IMG/VR virus record: IMGVR_UViG_3300005832_000020
Location: 1-49,012 of that record
Source: a virus
Length of the DNA: 49,012 nt
Reading direction: 5' to 3' (one strand)
Shown: positions 1-6,901 of the stretch, in pieces
How the letters are laid out: each line of letters opens with the position of its first letter
Position numbering within the stretch: position 1 is the stretch's first letter
Program-made: the position numbers and the translations under genes
The notes under the pieces: generated by a model
Databases searched by the model: none
Seen by the model: the letters and a program-made list of their open reading frames with translations, nothing else
What the model was told of the DNA's origin: nothing

Positions 1-120
1 GAGGATTGTTTCAGCCAACAATCAATTCGGCGCCGTTAAAATTGCATAGTTGGCCCGGGGAAGTCGCCCAAAAAGTTACAAATTTGCTAATATGTGGGTG
101 AATTCTATAGAAAAAAAAAA
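1..120. repeat. Left copy of a 120-bp direct terminal repeat, identical to 48893-49012 and ending in an A10 run
   Basis: Read directly: gaggattgtttcagccaac...gaattctatagaaaaaaaaaa is present at both window ends, 120/120 identical. Confidence 0.95.
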
Positions 121-158
121 TGATAAATTAAGATATAAACAATATTTAGACAATTAAA

Positions 159-602
159 CTCCCTCATTTCGTGAACCCCTCTCATCTTATGAATCTCCCT
201 CATTTCCCGGTCCACCCAATCCGAAAGGGTGCGGCCAACTACGCAATTTTCGGGCCGCCGATTTGTAACCACCCGAACCAATTAAGAAAAACGTACCAAT
301 TCACAATCCTGAACCCAAAGTTTAAAATATTGAACCCAATTTCCCAACAATTTCAACGGGTTATGAATTTGGTTCACAATCCTGAACTTCCCGCCCCGAT
401 CGTACCCAGCAACAATCACAACAACAACAACCGTTTTTACCAATAAAATCACCAACTTACGATTATTTCCCCACCCATACCATCTTGGCACCCAACGTGC
501 ATATATAAATGGTAACGTTGGGCACCAATAACGGGCCGCCCAAAACAGACGCAACCCCGGCAACCCGCCGGCACCGATCACAAATCGGACGCTTTCACAA
601 TC
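159..602. repeat. Cluster of iteron-like short direct repeats in noncoding DNA (candidate ori, packaging or regulatory region)
   Basis: Direct repeats: ctccctcatttc at 159-170 and 195-206; ttcacaatcctgaac at 300-314 and 373-387, with a partial ttcacaatc at 594-602; tgaacccaa at 310-318 and 331-339. A stem cccaacgt/acgttggg (491-498/515-522) encloses an AT-rich loop. No ORF here has an RBS. Confidence 0.6.
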
Positions 603-680
603 TAAAAGGAAGTTGACAACCTACCAAATTGAAAGTCAACACATTCGGCCGATGGACATACGCATAGGAGGCCGAACACC

Positions 681-707
681 CAAAGTGCACTTTGAAAGGC
701 GGTCTTT
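681..707 (-). promoter_or_regulatory. Composite operator-like site: 12-bp perfect palindrome AAAGTGCACTTT (682-693) plus CGGTCTTT arm (700-707). It is the inverted partner of 1588-1614.
   Basis: The reverse complement aaagaccgcctttcaaagtgcactttg matches 1588-1614 at 24/27 positions. It lies about 40 nt upstream of the first early ORF. Confidence 0.5.
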
Positions 708-743
708 TCGTTTTGTGGGTTGTTTCAACAAGGAGACCACAAA

Positions 744-1394
744 ATGGGAAAAGAAATAATCTATCACGAAGGAAACAATCCATTTGCAGACCGTGTTGAC
801 CCAGACGGCACCAAATGGTACGAACCAACCGCCCCCGGATTCGAGATGGGAGCACAAGACAAGTACATGGTCTATTGGCCGATCCCTCGGAACATGGAAG
901 AGGCCAAAGAATTTTGGGGACCGAACATGACCGAGCGTGAGGTATTCTTGGCCGTTGTCAAGGCATTTCGCGTGCTTCCGGCTTATAAAGTCGTTGGCTT
1001 TTACAACATCGGAGACCGTGATCCGAATGGGATCACCATCCATTTCATTGACCAAGATGGTAATGACCAAACTACCACCAAAGGGGACGCAATTGTCCCC
1101 TTGGAGAGACCGAACGTTGCAACCGCGCGTGATGAGAATGAAAACCCGATCACCAATTCCGAATATTACAGCAAACTCAAACCCGGCGGACATGAGGCAA
1201 TGCAAGAACTCGCCACCAACTTTGAGTTGAAACCAGTCGGTGAGTCCAAGGCCGTTGAAAAAGCCACGCTCAAATCCAAGGCCAAGGCCCTCGACGAGGC
1301 CAAAGCGGCCGCCGGTATTTCATCTCAAGATGAGCTTATCAAGATGCTCGAAGCCGCCAAGAAAGCCATGGAAGCCGGTTTGATCACCATCTAA
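744..1394 (+). CDS. Hypothetical early protein (216 aa) with a Lys/Ala-rich helical C-terminus
   Basis: ATG at 744 is preceded by aaggagacc. It is the in-frame internal start of ORF 720-1394, whose TTG at 720 lacks an RBS. Confidence 0.7.
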   Translation: MGKEIIYHEGNNPFADRVDPDGTKWYEPTAPGFEMGAQDKYMVYWPIPRNMEEAKEFWGPNMTEREVFLAVVKAFRVLPAYKVVGFYNIGDRDPNGITIHFIDQDGNDQTTTKGDAIVPLERPNVATARDENENPITNSEYYSKLKPGGHEAMQELATNFELKPVGESKAVEKATLKSKAKALDEAKAAAGISSQDELIKMLEAAKKAMEAGLITI

Positions 1395-1409
1395 CAAGGA
1401 GGCAATCCC

Positions 1410-1565
1410 ATGAGATCAAAAGACCGCCGCCAAAAGTTGTGCATTCGGTCTTTTGAGTCCGAGCGGCGTCAGCAACCAGACCGCCGCATTCCACCCATGA
1501 CCGAAAAGCACAAAGACCGAATAGGGCAACATGCCCTTAAAACCCTTATCCGCAAGTTCAATTAA
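1410..1565 (+). CDS. Small, highly basic hypothetical protein (51 aa; MRSKDRRQKLCIRSFESERRQQPDRR...), below the ORF-track length cutoff
   Basis: aaggagg lies 7 nt upstream of ATG 1410, followed by an open frame to TAA 1563-1565. The ORF overlaps three AAAGACCG-type motifs, so the region could instead be purely regulatory. Confidence 0.35.
   Translation: MRSKDRRQKLCIRSFESERRQQPDRRIPPMTEKHKDRIGQHALKTLIRKFN
1416..1456 (+). promoter_or_regulatory. Stem-loop tcaaaagaccg/cggtcttttga: both AAAGACCG arms flank a degenerate copy of the AAAGTGCACTTT core
   Basis: 11-bp inverted repeat at 1416-1426 and 1446-1456. The loop contains aaaagttgtgcatt, which resembles aaagtgcacttt. Confidence 0.45.
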
Positions 1566-1587
1566 CCCAACCGCCCACACAAACGTG

Positions 1588-1614
1588 AAAGACCGTCTCT
1601 TAAAGTGCACTTTG
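1588..1614 (+). promoter_or_regulatory. Composite operator-like site: AAAGACCG arm (1588-1595) plus palindrome AAAGTGCACTTT (1602-1613)
   Basis: aaagaccgtctcttaaagtgcactttg lies about 43 nt upstream of ATG 1657 and is the inverted partner of 681-707. Confidence 0.5.
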
Positions 1615-1656
1615 AACCTCCCTTCTAACAATCCCAATCCAAAAGGAGACTCCCAG

Positions 1657-1932
1657 ATGAACGACCAAGCAAGAGACAAATCATTAGAGCCGGAAAACGT
1701 TTTCAAGAGACTTGAGCAACTCAAAGATCGTAGGAAAGAGATCGACTATGATATCTTTGAATGCGAATATGAGTTAAGTCTCCAATTAACATGCTTACCG
1801 CCCGCAGCCCTCAAATGGATTCGTAACGGATGGTTAAAACCGGCTTTCAAAGTCAACAAAGATGTTTTGTCCGCCCTTGATGAAGATCAACGAAATTTTA
1901 TCACCGAAGTAACCAAAGCAACAGAAAGATAA
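1657..1932 (+). CDS. Hypothetical early protein (91 aa)
   Basis: aaaaggagactcccag precedes ATG 1657, an in-frame internal start of ORF 1531-1932. Confidence 0.7.
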   Translation: MNDQARDKSLEPENVFKRLEQLKDRRKEIDYDIFECEYELSLQLTCLPPAALKWIRNGWLKPAFKVNKDVLSALDEDQRNFITEVTKATER

Positions 1933-1939
1933 TGCCGGA

Positions 1940-1990
1940 AAACCCTCAACCGTTTCGTGGTATGTAACGGTTGAGGGTTTCTTTTTTTCT
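1940..1990 (+). terminator. Rho-independent terminator. The stem contains copy 1 (1943-1977) of the 35-bp quasi-palindrome family.
   Basis: aaaccctcaaccgtt (1940-1954) pairs with aacggttgagggttt (1966-1980) and is followed by cttttttt. Confidence 0.8.
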
Positions 1991-2033
1991 TATCTTTTTA
2001 AACAACCCCCCCCAGTTCAAAAAGGAGACTCCC

Positions 2034-2249
2034 ATGAGCGCCTACGTCTATCCCAATTTCAAAACAAAAAAATCTCTAAAAGAAGCAGTCAAAAGAGGTG
2101 ATTCCCTAATCGTAAAAGAGCAGACTCCTTTTGGAGAGCAGCTCATCGAGAACGGAGTTGCCTTTTTAGAAGGACCGCACTTTCCCTCTCCCCACAGTTG
2201 GTACGCAAAGGCCTTCTTAAAAGAGGGAAAAATCATTAAACTTTCTTAA
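2034..2249 (+). CDS. Hypothetical protein (71 aa)
   Basis: aaaaggagactccc lies immediately before ATG 2034, an in-frame internal start of ORF 1971-2249. Confidence 0.75.
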   Translation: MSAYVYPNFKTKKSLKEAVKRGDSLIVKEQTPFGEQLIENGVAFLEGPHFPSPHSWYAKAFLKEGKIIKLS

Positions 2250-2265
2250 CCAAAAAGGAAAAGAG

Positions 2266-2517
2266 ATGAAAGCGAGAGGACCGTCTCACACCATCACTAC
2301 CAACGACAAACTTGTTTTCCGTATCTGGGACACAGAAGCCAAAAAGTTCTATACCCAAAGAAAGAGACAGAAGAAAGAGTTCTACCAAGACCCTTTCCTT
2401 GTAGAAGTTCACAAGAGATACAAAATTTCCACCACAGAGGCGGTAAAGTATATATACCTTACCAAAGGTTTAGGACTCAAAGAAAGTTTAGCTTTCCTAA
2501 ACTCCCTGCGGTATTAA
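2266..2517 (+). CDS. Hypothetical basic protein (83 aa) whose C-terminus resembles the GLGLKEA helix of the ribosomal L7/L12 C-terminal domain
   Basis: aaaaaggaaaagag precedes ATG 2266. The C-terminal AVKYIYLTKGLGLKESLAFLNSL compares with L12 AIKvVReiTGLGLKEAKdLV. Confidence 0.7.
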   Translation: MKARGPSHTITTNDKLVFRIWDTEAKKFYTQRKRQKKEFYQDPFLVEVHKRYKISTTEAVKYIYLTKGLGLKESLAFLNSLRY

Positions 2518-2522
2518 CCAAT

Positions 2523-2557
2523 CCCTCAATCGGTTCATGGCGTGTACCGATTGAGGG
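2523..2557 (+). repeat. 35-bp quasi-palindrome family, copy 2 (ccctcaatcggttcatggcgtgtaccgattgaggg)
   Basis: Perfect 12-bp arms ccctcaatcggt/accgattgaggg (14 bp with flanking at/at, 2521-2534 and 2546-2559). Intergenic, directly after stop 2517. Aligns without gaps to the eight other copies. Confidence 0.8.
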
Positions 2558-2603
2558 ATTACCCTTTCCTCAAATTTATTTCCCCGGCGAGAAACAAAAA
2601 CCG

Positions 2604-2632
2604 TTGACACCAATATTAATATGGTGTACCAT
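2604..2632 (+). promoter_or_regulatory. Candidate sigma70-type promoter: TTGACA, 17-nt spacer, TACCAT
   Basis: ttgaca at 2604-2609, 17-nt spacer, taccat at 2627-2632. It lies about 40 nt upstream of ATG 2673 and downstream of a hairpin. Confidence 0.35.
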
Positions 2633-2672
2633 TACCCCCATAATCACCAATAACCCCAAACAGGAGGCTCCC

Positions 2673-2981
2673 ATGAACAAAGACTACGAAGAAACACAGA
2701 TCTCTGATCCCACAAAAGAGATCAAAGAATCCCTTGAACAGGCTCTCGTTCAACTGGATCGCGACCCAGCGCCGGACACCCTAATTCTAATCCTCGGCTC
2801 CTCGGTAAAGGATGAGCCGGAGTTTCGGAAAGCAGAAGGTTGCATGATCGGCCAAAATCCAAAGGTAGTTGCAGCCCTCGGAGAGGTTTTTATGAAAAAC
2901 CCTCTCATTTTGCTCCAGATCTTGGAGTATGTTGGGTCCACTCCTCTCGAACAAAAAGGAGGCAACAATGGATTACACTGA
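2673..2981 (+). CDS. Hypothetical acidic protein (102 aa)
   Basis: caggaggctccc precedes ATG 2673, an in-frame internal start of ORF 2604-2981. Confidence 0.75.
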   Translation: MNKDYEETQISDPTKEIKESLEQALVQLDRDPAPDTLILILGSSVKDEPEFRKAEGCMIGQNPKVVAALGEVFMKNPLILLQILEYVGSTPLEQKGGNNGLH

Positions 2982-3309
2982 TCTCCTTGAACAGCGAAAG
3001 ATCATGGCCACCGAACTCGCAAAACTCCGAGACGACGAGATGAGACTCCGTCTCATTATCCACCGAAAACAATCTTATTTCAACGAACTTCAGGCCAAAA
3101 TTCATGACCACCAGGCCCAGGAAATCTTGGCTAAAAAGGCCAGCGAAGCCAAGAAGGTAAAGGAAACCAAGTTCTCTTCCCGTGACATTGAAAACGTAAT
3201 CTACGCAGAATTTGGTCAAGAGGCGGTAGAGACTGCCAAAACAACTCTCGGCCCGAACTGGGCCACAATCTTATTCAACCTCATAACCCTCAAAGAAGAG
3301 AAGTGGTAA
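2968..3309 (+). CDS. Hypothetical coiled-coil protein (113 aa)
   Basis: aaaaaggaggcaaca precedes ATG 2968, which overlaps the upstream gene by 14 nt. Confidence 0.7.
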   Translation: MDYTDLLEQRKIMATELAKLRDDEMRLRLIIHRKQSYFNELQAKIHDHQAQEILAKKASEAKKVKETKFSSRDIENVIYAEFGQEAVETAKTTLGPNWATILFNLITLKEEKW

Positions 3310-3331
3310 TACCCAAGAAAGGAGGTCCAAA

Positions 3332-3742
3332 GTGCCTTATCCCAGAACCCTCAAAAAAGATCAGTTCGACCTCATCTCTCCGATAATCGACAAGCTCGCT
3401 CAACTTTCCCCAGGGAAGTCCATTGTCTGTTCTTGTGAAACAGCAACAGCTCTCTCTCGTCTTCGTTCCACTCTCTATTCTTACTTCCACTTAAGTTCTA
3501 CTAAAAACTACTACCGTATAAAAACAATCTCCTCAACCGAGTTCCTCATCACTCGTCTCGACAATGTTCTTTTCAAAATCCGAGATGCGTCTTCCCGAGG
3601 AGAAGATTTTGCAGCCACTCATCTCATTGGCCAATCCTTTGAGATGGCCAAACGTATCTTATCCTGTGCAGTTCAAGCACAAGACTTAACCGAAGAAGAG
3701 AGCAGAGAGGCTCTCGAAAAATGGACACAAATCAACCAGTAA
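3332..3742 (+). CDS. Hypothetical protein (136 aa)
   Basis: aaaggagg lies 6 nt upstream of GTG 3332. Confidence 0.7.
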   Translation: MPYPRTLKKDQFDLISPIIDKLAQLSPGKSIVCSCETATALSRLRSTLYSYFHLSSTKNYYRIKTISSTEFLITRLDNVLFKIRDASSRGEDFAATHLIGQSFEMAKRILSCAVQAQDLTEEESREALEKWTQINQ

Positions 3743-3906
3743 ACAGACCGTGCTTCCCAGTTCGTTGGGAGTCAACCAAATACGCCGCCGAGTTCAGGCA
3801 CCTCTTTTGCCCTTTTTACCACCTTTGCCTCAACGAAGCGGCAATAAAAAACTGGCCGAGTTTTGTGTGTCCAAAAGTCCTTAATGAAGCATTAACAAAA
3901 ACCTAA
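3721..3906 (+). CDS. Hypothetical Cys-rich small protein (61 aa, 4 Cys)
   Basis: ATG 3721 overlaps the upstream gene by 22 nt; the RBS (gagagg) is weak. Confidence 0.45.
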   Translation: MDTNQPVNRPCFPVRWESTKYAAEFRHLFCPFYHLCLNEAAIKNWPSFVCPKVLNEALTKT

Positions 3907-3926
3907 CCCCGAAAGAGAGGCTCCCA

Positions 3927-4970
3927 ATGTATCCTAAAACTCTCGAACAAATTCTCGACCTTGGCCCACCCACAATCCTTGACAATTCCATGCGAGTTAC
4001 TGCATGCGACTGCTGGCTCAAGCATTCATTCGAGCGCCGTGGGTATACCTATTCCTCAAAACCCCAGTATTTCACTTTCGGCTCTGCTTGGGGCAATGCT
4101 CTCAACATCTGGTACTCTCCAGAATATTCTTCCCTCCCTCCTCAAGACCGTACCACCCGTGCGCTCGAAGTAGCCCATACCACCTTTTCCGACAATCCTC
4201 CTCTACCAGAGTTCCCTCCTGATCCTATTAACAATTTCCAGAACTTAAAAAACAAGTTCTCCGATTACGTTTCCAACTACCCCACCGAACCTTGGGAAGT
4301 TATAACCCCCGAACTCGGTTGGATTTACCCTTTCGAGCTCCGTATAAAATACTCCCTTGCCGGTGCCCTCGATGGTTACATCCGATGGTCTCCTTACGGG
4401 TACCTCGAGCTCGAAAACAAAACCACTGGAATGTATCTTTCTGATTACTTCTTGGCCACCTACCGTTATAGCAGCCAAATAACCGGCTATTCTTGGTACG
4501 GTCACAAGATCCACGGCCCAGAGCACGCAGGAACTCTCATAAACGTAATAACCAAGAAACCTCCAACCAAAACTGGAAAGAGTCCCCAGTTCGCCCGGCT
4601 AATCGAAACCCGTACTCCCCAAGAATACCAACGTTTCGAGAAAGACTGGCTCCACTTTATCCTTTCCATGGAACAAGTTTACGCAAGCGGTCACTTTCCC
4701 CAAACCACCAACCCTATAAACTGTGTCGGTGGAATAGGCCGTTCTCCGTGCCTGTTCAAAAACCTTTGTGCTTCGGGGTTAGATCTCAATAAAATCAACC
4801 CCTTAAACTACCCAAACATCACGATTAGAAAGGAAAGATTCGAACCCTGGTTCCGTTCTGGTTCCGAAGAACGGGATATCCCAACCTCAATCACTACACA
4901 CCGTGAACCGGTTAAGCATTTCTATCACCGTCCTAACCGGATTGGTGGTATCAAGATGAAAAGGAGATAA
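3927..4970 (+). CDS. PD-(D/E)XK (RecB/Cas4-like) exonuclease with a probable 4-Cys cluster
   Basis: The motifs GALDGYI ... YLELENKTTG fit the D...ExK nuclease core. One N-terminal Cys region (TACDCW) plus the C-terminal NCVGGIGRSPCLFKNLC resemble the Cas4/AddB Fe-S arrangement. RBS agagaggctccca. Confidence 0.55.
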   Translation: MYPKTLEQILDLGPPTILDNSMRVTACDCWLKHSFERRGYTYSSKPQYFTFGSAWGNALNIWYSPEYSSLPPQDRTTRALEVAHTTFSDNPPLPEFPPDPINNFQNLKNKFSDYVSNYPTEPWEVITPELGWIYPFELRIKYSLAGALDGYIRWSPYGYLELENKTTGMYLSDYFLATYRYSSQITGYSWYGHKIHGPEHAGTLINVITKKPPTKTGKSPQFARLIETRTPQEYQRFEKDWLHFILSMEQVYASGHFPQTTNPINCVGGIGRSPCLFKNLCASGLDLNKINPLNYPNITIRKERFEPWFRSGSEERDIPTSITTHREPVKHFYHRPNRIGGIKMKRR

Positions 4971-4973
4971 GTA

Positions 4974-5180
4974 ATGGAAAAAGAAGAAGTTCTCAAAAAT
5001 TTCAAATTTCACGGAGATTGGGCTTCGTTCCACTATGCGGACAACACAGGCCAAGAATGGCCCTTGGGACAAGAAGAGGAAAGAAAAGCCGTAGCGATCT
5101 TCCATCTTCATCCAGAATACCAAGATGAAATGAGAGAAATTGCCAAGGATTTCCTGTGGAAAATAGGAGGTGGAAAATGA
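4974..5180 (+). CDS. Hypothetical protein (68 aa); shares the motif EE(V/I)LK(N/K)FK(F/N)HGD with 10306-10536
   Basis: aaaaggagataagta precedes ATG 4974. Confidence 0.7.
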   Translation: MEKEEVLKNFKFHGDWASFHYADNTGQEWPLGQEEERKAVAIFHLHPEYQDEMREIAKDFLWKIGGGK

Positions 5181-5383
5181 TTCTCGAAATCAGAGTAGTT
5201 CCAGCAACTGACTATCCACATTATCGTTGGTTATTCTCAAACAACACAATTACTGTAGTATCTTCCCGGAACTACGAAACCTTTCAAAAGGCTGTCATTT
5301 CTGGGAGAAGATATATGAAAAAACTCGGCTATGAGACTCACAATGTTTACCTTTCTCCTCAACCACCAACAATCGTTCTTTGA
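5177..5383 (+). CDS. Hypothetical protein (68 aa)
   Basis: ataggaggtggaaa precedes ATG 5177, with an ATGA start/stop overlap with the upstream gene. Confidence 0.7.
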   Translation: MILEIRVVPATDYPHYRWLFSNNTITVVSSRNYETFQKAVISGRRYMKKLGYETHNVYLSPQPPTIVL

Positions 5384-5397
5384 AAAAGGAGACACTC

Positions 5398-5673
5398 ATG
5401 AAAACTCCCGGAATAATCAAAGCATCAACAACACGTTCCAAGGACGGTAAGATTGTTCTCCAAAAGGTGATAACGAGAGAAGAAATTTGGCCAAGGCTTT
5501 GTTTCTTCCTTGAACTCACCGACGGTAAGTTCCACCATATCCACTACACGTTTACAACCTGGACGTGGGAAGATGATAAGGAAGTGGGAATCTACCGTCT
5601 CGACGAGGATAAACTCCCAGAAGGAATTGAATTTATCATAGAAAGGAGGGAAGAATTATGGCACGCAGAGTAA
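5398..5673 (+). CDS. Hypothetical protein (91 aa)
   Basis: aaaaaggagacactc precedes ATG 5398. Confidence 0.7.
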   Translation: MKTPGIIKASTTRSKDGKIVLQKVITREEIWPRLCFFLELTDGKFHHIHYTFTTWTWEDDKEVGIYRLDEDKLPEGIEFIIERREELWHAE

Positions 5674-5864
5674 CAAAAGGACTTATCCGACGGTGTTTAA
5701 TAGAGGAGGCTTCCATTGACCGCAAAGGAAGAATTATCATTCCAGTCATGGTAGCCCACAGTTACGTAGGCAATCTTGTTATTCTATTTGGTGACATGTG
5801 CACAGCCAAAAACGGCTTGGAAGACATCAAACGGGAGGTAAATCATGATTCTCGAAGAAGCTAA
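5658..5864 (+). CDS. Hypothetical protein (68 aa), possibly AbrB/SpoVT-like (DRKGRIIIPVMV)
   Basis: gaaaggagggaagaatt precedes ATG 5658. The ORF overlaps both neighbours. The fold suggestion rests on one short motif. Confidence 0.5.
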   Translation: MARRVTKGLIRRCLIEEASIDRKGRIIIPVMVAHSYVGNLVILFGDMCTAKNGLEDIKREVNHDSRRS

Positions 5865-6636
5865 ACCAGCGTCCACAATGACTCTCGAGAATTACCAAAT
5901 CAAAGCTTTGCTCCTCGGTCCGAGTAAAAGTGGCAAAACTGTTTCCTCAATCACAATCCCTGGACGCAAGTTATTAATCGACTTCGATCAGAGGAAGGAA
6001 AGCGTAGCTGGCTTCCAAGACGTAGAGATCATCGAATGCTACGAACCCAATCCTCGGAGTCCAACCGCCTGGATCAGAGCAGGGAAGATCAAGGACGAGT
6101 TAGTTCGTCTTGCCTTCGACTCCCAAAAGAGCCAGAAACCATTCCCTTACTCCGCGGTCATCTTCGATGGTTTAAGCTCTTTAGACCGTTATGCAATGAA
6201 CTATTCTCTACTCCTCAACCCCAAGCTTGGATTGGGAGGTGCTCCCGCAGAACACCATTACCTCCCCCAGATGACCATGCTTTCAAGCTATATCTTCAGC
6301 ACCATTGCTCTTCCTTGTTCCGTAATCTACACCGGTCACGTAGACCTTTACGAGAACAAGAAGATGGGAACTCACAAATTTTACCCCAAGATGACCGGCA
6401 AGAACCGTACTGCCCTTTCCTCTTGGTTCAACGAAGTTTACAACTGTTACCGTTTAAGCTCCACAAAGGACAAAGAACCGCCGAGGTTCTTTTGGCAAAC
6501 TTCCGGAGACGACCAAATGGACTTCTTCGGTAGTGCAATGAACACACAATCTCTCTACTGGACCGACCCGATAGAAGTCAACTTCTCCAACCCCCCTGTG
6601 GGCTTTGCAGATTTATTAAAAAGGAGGTTCAAATGA
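5845..6636 (+). CDS. P-loop ATPase, AAA_24/Sak4-like (RecA-superfamily phage recombination/replication ATPase)
   Basis: Walker A LLGPSKSGKT near the N-terminus and a Walker B-like AVIFDGLS. The size (263 aa) and the position next to an SSB-like gene are typical. RBS gggagg. Confidence 0.6.
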   Translation: MILEEAKPASTMTLENYQIKALLLGPSKSGKTVSSITIPGRKLLIDFDQRKESVAGFQDVEIIECYEPNPRSPTAWIRAGKIKDELVRLAFDSQKSQKPFPYSAVIFDGLSSLDRYAMNYSLLLNPKLGLGGAPAEHHYLPQMTMLSSYIFSTIALPCSVIYTGHVDLYENKKMGTHKFYPKMTGKNRTALSSWFNEVYNCYRLSSTKDKEPPRFFWQTSGDDQMDFFGSAMNTQSLYWTDPIEVNFSNPPVGFADLLKRRFK

Positions 6637-6827
6637 AATTCCACCAGAAGAGAAACCTCACAAAAGGTTGGTTCACCGCCTCGTTAAGATTTTTTGAAAG
6701 GCAAAAGCATTCGGATATTTTCATCGAGCGTGAACTTCGTACCATTGAAACTATTGTCTCAATGCTCGAAAGTACACTTAAGCACTGGGATAGAGTTATT
6801 ATTAATCCTTATAAAGAAAGGAGGTAA
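6633..6827 (+). CDS. Hypothetical protein (64 aa)
   Basis: aaaaaggaggttcaa precedes ATG 6633, with an ATGA overlap with the upstream gene. Confidence 0.65.
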   Translation: MKFHQKRNLTKGWFTASLRFFERQKHSDIFIERELRTIETIVSMLESTLKHWDRVIINPYKERR

Positions 6828-6835
6828 ACACAAAT

Positions 6836-6870
6836 CCCTAAACCGTTACACATAATGAACCAATCGAGAA
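6836..6870 (+). repeat. 35-bp quasi-palindrome family, copy 3 (ccctaaaccgttacacataatgaaccaatcgagaa)
   Basis: Intergenic, 32 nt upstream of ATG 6902. Aligns without gaps to the family consensus. Confidence 0.7.
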
Positions 6871-6901
6871 CCAAACAACAAACAACAAAGGAGAAACAAA
6901 A

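Noticed and set aside
485-510. Sigma70-like promoter TTGGCA ... TATATAAAT
   Set aside because: The spacer between the -35-like and any -10-like hexamer is only 11-14 nt, outside the functional 16-18 nt range.
171-1205. ORF-track ORFs 171-446 (+), 282-581 (-), 595-855 (-) and 636-1205 (-) in or near the terminal noncoding region
   Set aside because: They use non-ATG or RBS-less starts and have Pro/His/Asn-rich, low-complexity translations. They overlap repeat arrays or run antisense to the well-supported 744-1394 gene. I treated them as noncoding.
681-1614. An invertible or mobile cassette bounded by the 27-bp inverted repeats
   Set aside because: I did not call it a mobile element. No recombinase, invertase or transposase is recognisable anywhere in the window, and there are no target-site duplications. 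I retained it only as a hypothesis in the findings.
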